From a virus (lineage: Duplodnaviria; Caudoviricetes): DNA of 33,716 bases. The position numbers were made by a program, and so were the translations under genes. The stretch's first letter is position 1. Every line of letters begins with the position of its first letter. Shown in pieces: positions 26,043 to 33,716 of this stretch. The stretch spans positions 1 to 33,716 of IMG/VR virus record IMGVR_UViG_3300016476_000924; one strand, given 5' to 3'. Below the pieces are notes generated by a model that saw only the letters and a list, made by a program, of their open reading frames with translations, did not search any database and had not been told where the DNA came from.

Positions 26043-26405
26043 ATGAGCGCACCAGCTGGTTTATACAATATAGTAGCCGACCAGGGCTCAACGCTTTCGC
26101 GCATAATATACTACAAAGATCCAGCAAAAAAGCCAATAAAGTTCAATGGCTACACTGCAAGGATGCAGGTTAGGCCCTCTGTAGACAGTTCAACCATTAT
26201 TTTGGAGCTGACCACCGAAAACGGCGGAATCGAGCTCGGAGCTACAGATGGCAGTATTTCACTTTACGTAGACGATGTGACAATGATCAGCATCCCAGAG
26301 GGAATATATGTCTACGATCTCGAACTTATTGCCCCATCTGCTGATTTATTCGTATACAAGATTCTTCAAGGAAACTTTGCAGTTAGGTCGGAGGTAACCA
26401 GATAA
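26043..26405 (+). CDS. Virion structural protein, BppU/baseplate-adaptor-like
   Basis: DQGST, GYTARMQVR, G.YVYDLEL; heads the tail module. Confidence 0.65.
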   Translation: MSAPAGLYNIVADQGSTLSRIIYYKDPAKKPIKFNGYTARMQVRPSVDSSTIILELTTENGGIELGATDGSISLYVDDVTMISIPEGIYVYDLELIAPSADLFVYKILQGNFAVRSEVTR

Positions 26406-27211
26406 TGGCAGGATATACGGTTAGTTCGGTTACTTCAGGTAAGTACGCCAGACAAATCTCGGTAGCAGCCTCAGGTCCCCAAGGAGCTCAGGGGCCAGCA
26501 GGACCTCAAGGTGTAAAGGGCGACACCGGTATTGCGGGTGGGCTATCTGCTAGATATAAGTTTTTAAATAGCTACTCAGCAGCCGACCCAGGGGTTGGGT
26601 ACCTAGCTTTCAATAATTCAGCCTTCATGGCAGCAACAGAACTATATGTTTCGGCTTCTGACATGGCTACAGATAACCAAAACGCTTTGCTTGCTGCAGC
26701 TACTGCATCTACTAGCACTAATAAGTCTATTGTAACTCTTCAAAAAGTATCAGACCCTAGAAAGTTTTCAAGATTTTATGTTACTGGTGGGACCAACAAC
26801 ACCGGGTGGTGGGACCTCCAACTCGAATATATTGGTGGCACGGCTTTAAGCTGGGCATATAACGATCAAATAGATGTTCTTGTAGCTCCAGTGGGAGACA
26901 TGGGATCTACTGGAGCAGTCGGACCAACTGGCCCCGCAGGGCAAGGAGTCCCGACCGGTGGTCTTCAAGGACAAATCTTACGCAAACTTTCTAATTCTGA
27001 CTATGCCACCGAATGGGTAGACCCAGAAGCAGTACAAGACGTAGCTTTAAATGAGCTAACCGACGTAAATCTTGAAACCTTGACTGACGGTCAGGTTTTG
27101 GTTTACAACCAATCATCAAATGAGTGGTTGCCCGTATCTCCAGAGTCTCTGCCTCAATCGACCAACACCCTGTCTGGTACAATTGAAGGCGGATCCGCAT
27201 CAACTTTTTAG
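26405..27211 (+). CDS. Tail fibre-like protein with short collagen (Gly-X-Y) tracts
   Basis: GPQGAQGPAGPQGVKGDTG; GVPTGG..GQIL.K.S..DY.TEW. Confidence 0.75.
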   Translation: MAGYTVSSVTSGKYARQISVAASGPQGAQGPAGPQGVKGDTGIAGGLSARYKFLNSYSAADPGVGYLAFNNSAFMAATELYVSASDMATDNQNALLAAATASTSTNKSIVTLQKVSDPRKFSRFYVTGGTNNTGWWDLQLEYIGGTALSWAYNDQIDVLVAPVGDMGSTGAVGPTGPAGQGVPTGGLQGQILRKLSNSDYATEWVDPEAVQDVALNELTDVNLETLTDGQVLVYNQSSNEWLPVSPESLPQSTNTLSGTIEGGSASTF

Positions 27212-27219
27212 GGTAAATA

Positions 27220-27594
27220 ATGGCCGTACAGATACAACTTAGAAATGACACTGCCGCCAACTGGGCTTCCGTAAATCCCACCCTAGCTAAGGGCGAGGTT
27301 GGAGTCGAAATCGACACCAACAAAATGAAGATTGGCGTAGGTAATGCAGCTTGGAATGATTTACCATACACCGGAGTAGATGCAGCAGAGTTAATACCAC
27401 TGCTATCCCACACCCACACTCAGAGTTCTGCTTCAGATACTTGGACTGTAGTACACAATCTAGGTTTCTATCCAGCAGTATCAATCTTCGACAGTGCCGC
27501 AAACTCTGTCGAGGGCGCAATTACGCACAACAGCATCAACCACCTAACCATAACCTTCTCGGCCCCCATCTCGGGGACCGCGTACCTCTCCTAA
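27220..27594 (+). CDS. Tail-associated protein with Mtd N-terminal-like domain
   Basis: IQLRNDTAANW...NPTLAKGEVGVEIDT.KMKIG; WTVVHNLG. Confidence 0.75.
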   Translation: MAVQIQLRNDTAANWASVNPTLAKGEVGVEIDTNKMKIGVGNAAWNDLPYTGVDAAELIPLLSHTHTQSSASDTWTVVHNLGFYPAVSIFDSAANSVEGAITHNSINHLTITFSAPISGTAYLS

Positions 27595-27604
27595 GGATAT
27601 ATAA

Positions 27605-29989
27605 ATGGCAAAGCAATTCCTAACAGGACTCAATCTAAATAAGAATGAGCTCCTAAATGCCAGAATCCAAAATCTGGTAACTGCGCCTTCGTCACCGGTT
27701 GCAGGTCAGATTTACTACAATTCTGGTGATAACACCCTACGCTACTGGAACGGAACCACTTGGCTAACTCTAGCTCAGGGTGGAAGCGTTACAGATGCAA
27801 TTAATGCTGCTATTGCAGCCTTGAATCTGGCAAATACCTATGACGCCATTGGATCTGCAGACACCGCATATGACAACGCTGTGGCTTATGCAGATGGCCT
27901 GGCCTCGAACTATGACCCGGCTGGATCTGCAGCTAATGCATACGCAAATGCAGTCTCTTATGCAGACGGCCTAGCTTCAAACTACGACGCTGCCGGATCT
28001 GCAGCTAATGCAGAGGCAAATGCCAAATCTTACACCAACACGGTGGCAAATGCTCTAAGCTCTGACATTGCTAATGCCTTGGCAAACGCTGAGAGCTATG
28101 CTGACAATGCTATTGCAGCTTTGGTGGACTCTGCACCTGCTACCCTAGACACTCTTAACGAGCTAGCCGCAGCCCTTCAGGACAATCCAAACGTCATCTC
28201 TGACCTATTTGATGTTGCAGCTGGAAAGCAGAACACTCTAACTGCTGGAACATCCATCTCGATTGTCAACGATGTAATCTCTGTTGTAGCCTCTGATTTT
28301 GATGCAGCTGGAAGCGCTGATTCAGCAGAAGCTAACGCTAAGAGCTACACCAACACAGTAGCTAACGCCCTAAGCTCTGACATTGCAAACGCCCTTTCAG
28401 ACGCAAATGACTACACAAACACCGTTGCTACTGGACTTCAGTCTGACATCGACAACGCAGTTGCTAACATCTTTGCAACCTCAGAGGGCGACGGTCTAGT
28501 TGTAAACGGCGGCGTGCTAAGCGTTGATGCAGGTACAGGCCTAAACTTCAACCTAAGTGGTGCCCTAAAGATTGACCGCGACACCACTGACACTTGGTAC
28601 GATCCAGCTGGTGCTGCCGCAAATGCTCAGTCGAATGCTGAAAGCTACACCAACAGCGCAGTTTCAGACGCAACTAACACCATCACCACTGCGTACCAAA
28701 CCTATGTAAACACTGCCGCTAACAACCTAACTGACGCCTTCGAGCTAGCAGACCAGGGTCTGGCATCTGACATCTCTAATGTTGCTTCAGATCTAGCAGA
28801 TGCAGAGCTTCAGCTTGGTTCAGACATTACAAACGCAATCGCTGAGTCCAAGAGCTACACAAACACTGTAGCTAATGCTCTAAGCTCTGACATCTCGAAT
28901 GCAGTCTCCGGCTACCAAGCAGCAGACACCGCACTAGAGGCAAGCCTAACTCAGGACTTCCAGGACGCTGACAACACTGTTCTCAGCACTCTACGTTCAG
29001 AGATTGCAGCGGCCGCTCAGGGTCTTGACATCAAGGAATCGGTAAAGGTTGCTACAACCAGCAACATCGACTTCAACGGTGCACCTGTTGGCGTTATTGA
29101 TGGAGTAACCCTAGCTTTCCCATCGACCACTCGAGTTCTGGTAAAGAACCAGACCAACCCAGCAGAAAACGGTATCTATGAGTATGTCTACTCTGTAGCT
29201 GCCAACACCTGGACCAGGACTGACGACGCCTTAGAGCTAACACCAGGAACCTTCGTATTTGTTGAAGAGGGTACTACTCACGCTGATTCCGGTTTTGTTA
29301 TCTCTACCGACGGTCCAATTACCGTTGGAACTACCGGAATTACATGGACTCAGTTCTCTGGAACTGGTCAGATCACAGCTGGTGACGGACTTTCTAAGTC
29401 TGGATCCACACTATCTGTCAACGTAGGCGATGGTCTTGACATCGTTGGAGACAACGTTGTCATCTCCAGCAGCTACGCAGGACAGACCTCGATCGACACC
29501 GTTGGAACTATCACTACCGGTACATGGCAGGGCGACACAGTTGAGGTTGCCTATGGTGGTACTGGAGCTACAAGCCTAACTGGCTATGTAGTTGGAGATG
29601 GAACCAACCCTCTAACTGCAGTATCTAGCATCCCAGGTGCAGACATTGACGGAGACATCTCTGGAAATGCAAACAACGTAACTGGAGTTGTTGCAATTGA
29701 AAATGGTGGTACTGGAGCTACTACTGAGGCAGGAGCTCGCGCTAACCTAGGTGCTACTACTAAGTATGCAGCCAACAACACCCTACTCAACCCAACCAGC
29801 AACGTGATTAGCTGGGTTGTAAACCACAACATTGGTACTCTAGATGTGACCGTGCAGATGAGAGATCTTTCTGACAACGCGCTTGTAGAGGCAGATGTAG
29901 TAATCACTAACTCCAACACTGTTACAATTTCATGGGTATCTGGATCTGCTGTTTCAGCTGACAGCTACCGAGTTGTAGTGGTTGGATAG
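27605..29989 (+). CDS. Long tail fibre protein with Ala/Asn/Asp-rich internal repeats
   Basis: YDxAGSAxxA repeats, KSYTNTVANALSSDI x3, APATLDTLNELAAAL. Confidence 0.85.
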   Translation: MAKQFLTGLNLNKNELLNARIQNLVTAPSSPVAGQIYYNSGDNTLRYWNGTTWLTLAQGGSVTDAINAAIAALNLANTYDAIGSADTAYDNAVAYADGLASNYDPAGSAANAYANAVSYADGLASNYDAAGSAANAEANAKSYTNTVANALSSDIANALANAESYADNAIAALVDSAPATLDTLNELAAALQDNPNVISDLFDVAAGKQNTLTAGTSISIVNDVISVVASDFDAAGSADSAEANAKSYTNTVANALSSDIANALSDANDYTNTVATGLQSDIDNAVANIFATSEGDGLVVNGGVLSVDAGTGLNFNLSGALKIDRDTTDTWYDPAGAAANAQSNAESYTNSAVSDATNTITTAYQTYVNTAANNLTDAFELADQGLASDISNVASDLADAELQLGSDITNAIAESKSYTNTVANALSSDISNAVSGYQAADTALEASLTQDFQDADNTVLSTLRSEIAAAAQGLDIKESVKVATTSNIDFNGAPVGVIDGVTLAFPSTTRVLVKNQTNPAENGIYEYVYSVAANTWTRTDDALELTPGTFVFVEEGTTHADSGFVISTDGPITVGTTGITWTQFSGTGQITAGDGLSKSGSTLSVNVGDGLDIVGDNVVISSSYAGQTSIDTVGTITTGTWQGDTVEVAYGGTGATSLTGYVVGDGTNPLTAVSSIPGADIDGDISGNANNVTGVVAIENGGTGATTEAGARANLGATTKYAANNTLLNPTSNVISWVVNHNIGTLDVTVQMRDLSDNALVEADVVITNSNTVTISWVSGSAVSADSYRVVVVG

Positions 29990-30025
29990 TCGTAAAATAT
30001 ATAAGTAGAAAGAGGTCACCAGCAC

Positions 30026-30253
30026 ATGGCTAAAAAGTTTTTAACGCCAATAAACGTTGCCCAGGGCGACGCATACCCAGCGGTAGCCAGTGCTGGTGAC
30101 ATCTTCTACAGAACAGACTTAGGATCTATGTACACTTACGATGGAATCGAGTGGATATCCATGACTGCAAGTGACATAACCAACGTAGATGGCGGAAACG
30201 CCTCAAGCTCTTATAACATCAACTACGACGGTGGCGGACCGTCTACTTTCTAA
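30026..30253 (+). CDS. Small tail-fibre-associated protein
   Basis: N-terminus resembles that of the 27605 gene (MAK.FLT; G.I.Y...Y.G..W); DGG repeats. Confidence 0.75.
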   Translation: MAKKFLTPINVAQGDAYPAVASAGDIFYRTDLGSMYTYDGIEWISMTASDITNVDGGNASSSYNINYDGGGPSTF

Positions 30254-30271
30254 GGAATAGGGACCAGGACG

Positions 30272-33058
30272 ATGGCAGTCAGAATTCAATTTAGGCGAGG
30301 AACCGCCGCAGAGTGGGCCGCAGCTAATCCAACACTAGCAGCCGGTGAGCTCGGTTACGAGTCTGATACTGGACAGTTTAAGATCGGTAATGGCAGCCAG
30401 AACTGGAATGCCCTCTCATACGGAGCTGTAAGCGAGAGCTATGTAAATGATGCTATAGCTAACGTTATCGACCTTGCCCCAGAGACTTTAGATACTTTAA
30501 ATGAGCTAGCTGCAGCCCTGGGAGATGATCCGAATGCTTTTGCTAATTTAAATAGTGCAATTGACAACCTAGACAACGCGATTGTTTTAGCAGAAGACAA
30601 TGCAAAGTCTTACTCAAACACCATTCTTATTAGCGCTCAGTCCTACACTGACAATGCCATTTCGGACCTAATTGACTCTTCGCCAACAACATTAGACACT
30701 CTAAACGAGCTAGCTGCTGCACTTGGAGATGACCCAAATTTTGCTACAACCACCGCTACATCGATCGGTCAGCGTCTAAAGTTTGTTGCAGACACTCACG
30801 AGAACTTTGGTACAGCAAACGCAGTTACACTAGCAAATACAGCATATGTAGCTACTAACTATGAAGGCTATGTAAAGCTAGGCGACGGGGTAACTCACTA
30901 CAACGACCTAAAGTTTGTAGGAGAGCACCTGACTGATGCAAGAATCTCCACCCACAGCCTAGACACCACAGATGTTCACGGCATAACAAATACCCTGGAT
31001 TTGGTATACACAGGTGATTTGACTGCATATGCTCCACTAGCAGTAACTAACGACCTATCAAATGGTATAAACACTGTATCGAATACTGTAAGTACACTAG
31101 GTTCAGATCTTACAGCTCTAAGCAACACTGTAACTTCCGTAAGTAACCTATTAGACGACACCATAGATGACGTTACCGCCATAGACGACCGAGTTACAGC
31201 AGTCGAGGGAGCTCTTCCTGACCTAGCCAGCATTAACAGCCCGACCATTGAAAATCTGACAACAATCGGGAACACTGTTCTATCCTCAAACACCACTATT
31301 GGAACCATTACATCTACTCAAATTGGGTACCTTGGATCGCTTACCAGCGACATTCAAGATCAGATTGACGGCATTCAGGACCAGGTTGACCTAAAGGCCG
31401 ACCTCAGCGGGCCAACATTTGTTGGAAATGTTGTTCTACCACAAACTACTGAAATTGGTGATGTTTCTGGCACCGAAATCAGCTACCTAAATGGAGTCAC
31501 TTCTTCTATTCAAGATCAGATTGACGGGAAACTATCTACCGCAGCAGCATCTACAACATATGCAGCTCTGGCTGGTGCAACTTTTAGTGGTAACGTAGTC
31601 CTAACTGCAAACACCAGCATTGGAGCGGTAGACTCTACAGAAATCAGCTACCTAAATGGAGTCACTTCTTCTATTCAAGATCAGCTAGACGACAAGGCAC
31701 CGATCGAGTCCCCAACCTTCACTGGAACAGTTTCGGGTGTCACCAAGTCTATGGTTGGTTTAGGGAACGTAGACAACACTTCCGATGCCGACAAGCCAAT
31801 ATCGACGGCCACCCAGAGTGCTCTAGATCTAAAGGCAAATAGCAACGCCCCAACCTTCACGGGCACAGTGGTATTACCAAGCACCACATCTATCGGCAAT
31901 GTTAGTGCTACAGAGATTGGCTATCTAGACGGAGTAACTTCCGCAATTCAGACTCAGCTAAACGCTAAGCTCGATCTTTCTGGTGGAACCATGACTGGAA
32001 AGATCGTTCTTGATGGAGACCCAACTCAGGCACTTCACCCAGCTACTAAGCAGTATGTAGACAACATTTCAGCCGGCCTTCACGTCCACGAGGCCGCCCA
32101 TGCTGCTACTCCATCTTCATTGGCAACTTTGACAGGCGGATCGGTAACATACAACAACGGAACTGACGGTGTTGGAGCAACCCTAACTCTAGGGGTTGCA
32201 CTGACTACGCTTGATGGACACTCACTAACCAACGGGGACAGAATCCTTGTCAAGAACGAGTCTAACGCAGCTCACAACGGTATCTACGTAAGAACTTCGT
32301 CTACGGTCTTAACTCGTGCAGATGACTTTAACTCCGCAGCAGAGATTGCTGGTGGAGACCTAGTCTTTGTCGAGAATGGAACGCTCTACAACACCACCTC
32401 ATGGGTGGTCGAGAATGAGGTAAACACCGTAGGAACCGACAACATCCTATGGGCACAGTTCTCTGGAGCCGGAACGGTTACCGCTGGAAACAACATCAGC
32501 GTGTCTGGCCTACAGGTTTCTGTTGCAGACAGCCCAAGCTTTACTGGAACCGTAACCCTACCATCAACTACATCGATTGGAAGCGTTTCAGCAACCGAGA
32601 TCGGGTTCCTTGATGGCGTAACGAGCTCAATTCAGACTCAAATCAATGCGAAGGCTAACACAGCATCTCCAACCTTCACTGGCTTGGTCACGGTGGCAGC
32701 TAACGGTATTGCATTTGCTGATGGAACTCAGATCGCTGAGGGCGTACCGTCCCGCACCGTAATTCTGCAGCAGACAGGGTCATACACACTAACCGGTATC
32801 GAGAGAGATGACCTTATCGAAATGTCGTCTACCTCAGCTATAACCTTGACGATCCCTACTGATGCAACCTTCAACTTCCCAATAGGTACATCTATTGATA
32901 TACTACAAACAAACACTGGTCAAGTTACAATTGCAGGAGCTGGTGGAGTCACGGTAAACGCGACCCCTGGTCTCAAGCTTCGTACTCAGTGGTCGTCAGC
33001 AACATTGTTTAAGCGAGCAGCCAACACCTGGGTTGTTTACGGAGACTTAACAGCCTAA
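30272..33058 (+). CDS. Long tail fibre protein with Mtd N-terminal-like domain and internal repeats
   Basis: IQFRRGTAAEW; LDTLNELAAAL x2; TEI.YL.GVTS.IQ.Q and SPTFTG repeats. Confidence 0.85.
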   Translation: MAVRIQFRRGTAAEWAAANPTLAAGELGYESDTGQFKIGNGSQNWNALSYGAVSESYVNDAIANVIDLAPETLDTLNELAAALGDDPNAFANLNSAIDNLDNAIVLAEDNAKSYSNTILISAQSYTDNAISDLIDSSPTTLDTLNELAAALGDDPNFATTTATSIGQRLKFVADTHENFGTANAVTLANTAYVATNYEGYVKLGDGVTHYNDLKFVGEHLTDARISTHSLDTTDVHGITNTLDLVYTGDLTAYAPLAVTNDLSNGINTVSNTVSTLGSDLTALSNTVTSVSNLLDDTIDDVTAIDDRVTAVEGALPDLASINSPTIENLTTIGNTVLSSNTTIGTITSTQIGYLGSLTSDIQDQIDGIQDQVDLKADLSGPTFVGNVVLPQTTEIGDVSGTEISYLNGVTSSIQDQIDGKLSTAAASTTYAALAGATFSGNVVLTANTSIGAVDSTEISYLNGVTSSIQDQLDDKAPIESPTFTGTVSGVTKSMVGLGNVDNTSDADKPISTATQSALDLKANSNAPTFTGTVVLPSTTSIGNVSATEIGYLDGVTSAIQTQLNAKLDLSGGTMTGKIVLDGDPTQALHPATKQYVDNISAGLHVHEAAHAATPSSLATLTGGSVTYNNGTDGVGATLTLGVALTTLDGHSLTNGDRILVKNESNAAHNGIYVRTSSTVLTRADDFNSAAEIAGGDLVFVENGTLYNTTSWVVENEVNTVGTDNILWAQFSGAGTVTAGNNISVSGLQVSVADSPSFTGTVTLPSTTSIGSVSATEIGFLDGVTSSIQTQINAKANTASPTFTGLVTVAANGIAFADGTQIAEGVPSRTVILQQTGSYTLTGIERDDLIEMSSTSAITLTIPTDATFNFPIGTSIDILQTNTGQVTIAGAGGVTVNATPGLKLRTQWSSATLFKRAANTWVVYGDLTA
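31475..31684 (+). repeat. Exact 45-bp direct repeat (31475-31519 and 31640-31684)
   Basis: GAAATCAGCTACCTAAATGGAGTCACTTCTTCTATTCAAGATCAG twice. Confidence 0.9.
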
Positions 33059-33078
33059 TATTAGAGGAGAGTAATAAA

Positions 33079-33716
33079 ATGGCAGTAAACAAGAGAGCGG
33101 GTAGGAAGTCTACAGCACAAAATGACTTCCTACAGCCTTCAGCACCAATTAATGTGGTGGCAACTGATGTTGGCACGAGCAGAGCCTTCAATAATGGAGC
33201 CGCAACGGTTTCTTTTGCATTGCCGGCCTCATCTCCAGCTGCTACTTCATTCACAGTCACAGCAACTGCAAGCGGTCAGACTACAAGAACAGCTGCCGGA
33301 GCCGCCTCTCCTATTACGGTAACTGGACTGACATCTGAGATTACGTACACCATTACAGTTACGGCTACAAATGCCTCTGGAACATCGGCTCCATCAACGG
33401 GAGTCACTGTATTGGCCACAACTGTACCCGCTGCGCCAAATACCCCTACCGCAACTTCCACAGTTGCGGACACTGACAATCTTTCTTGGAACATACCAGC
33501 AAGCGGTGGAAAAGCAATTACCTCCTACACCTGGGAATCCAATGAGACACCAATCAAGACAAACAGCGTAACTACAAACTCAGCTACGATTCCAAATGAG
33601 GGAAACACGACTCAGGCATATAGAGTTCGTGCCGTAAATGCTAATGGAACATCGGACTGGTCACCTTACTCCTCAAACGTGACCACACTTCCACCGTTCT
33701 TCCCACCATTCTTCCC
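33079..33716 (+). CDS. Fibronectin type III repeat virion protein with PPFF repeat, truncated by the window end; not in the ORF track
   Basis: GAGGAG SD; two FN3-like units (ITVTGL...YTITVTATNASG; LSW...YRVRAVNANGTS) then LPPFFPPFFP. Confidence 0.85.
   Translation, partial: MAVNKRAGRKSTAQNDFLQPSAPINVVATDVGTSRAFNNGAATVSFALPASSPAATSFTVTATASGQTTRTAAGAASPITVTGLTSEITYTITVTATNASGTSAPSTGVTVLATTVPAAPNTPTATSTVADTDNLSWNIPASGGKAITSYTWESNETPIKTNSVTTNSATIPNEGNTTQAYRVRAVNANGTSDWSPYSSNVTTLPPFFPPFF

Noticed and set aside
27220-33058. Diversity-generating retroelement, suggested by the Mtd-N-like domains
   Set aside because: No reverse transcriptase; the repeat seen is exact rather than an adenine-mismatched TR/VR pair

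Overview
The window is a segment of a large tailed-phage genome, most plausibly infecting (freshwater) Actinomycetota. The host call is an inference from a class Ib nrdH-nrdI-nrdE-nrdF operon, WhiB, DUF3039 and FmdB-type genes, a short-variable-arm tRNA-Leu(UAA) and several leaderless sigmaA-type promoters. Positions 1-26.0 kb are almost all minus strand, in four blocks. (i) 1-2.4 kb: tightly coupled small ORFs joined by 8 copies of a 17-nt junction (minus strand AAGGAGAGCAGAAGTGA) that is at once the C-terminal GEQK, the stop, the Shine-Dalgarno and the next GTG start; this looks like a gene-cassette array. (ii) 2.4-7.5 kb: small hypothetical genes, including an uncalled Hfq/Sm-like ORF, then two tRNAs. 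(iii) 7.7-21.9 kb: a modification-enzyme island with a carbamoyltransferase, 3 SGNH-like proteins, 2 glycosyltransferases (one GT60-like), 5 2OG-Fe(II) oxygenase-like proteins, 2 methyltransferases, a GNAT and two paralogous ...FIY micro-peptides, plus a serine recombinase, a putative holin and WhiB. (iv) The RNR operon. From 26.0 kb to the end are plus-strand tail/baseplate/fibre genes, ending in a truncated FN3 protein with PPFF repeats. All family assignments come from visual motif recognition; no searches were run.
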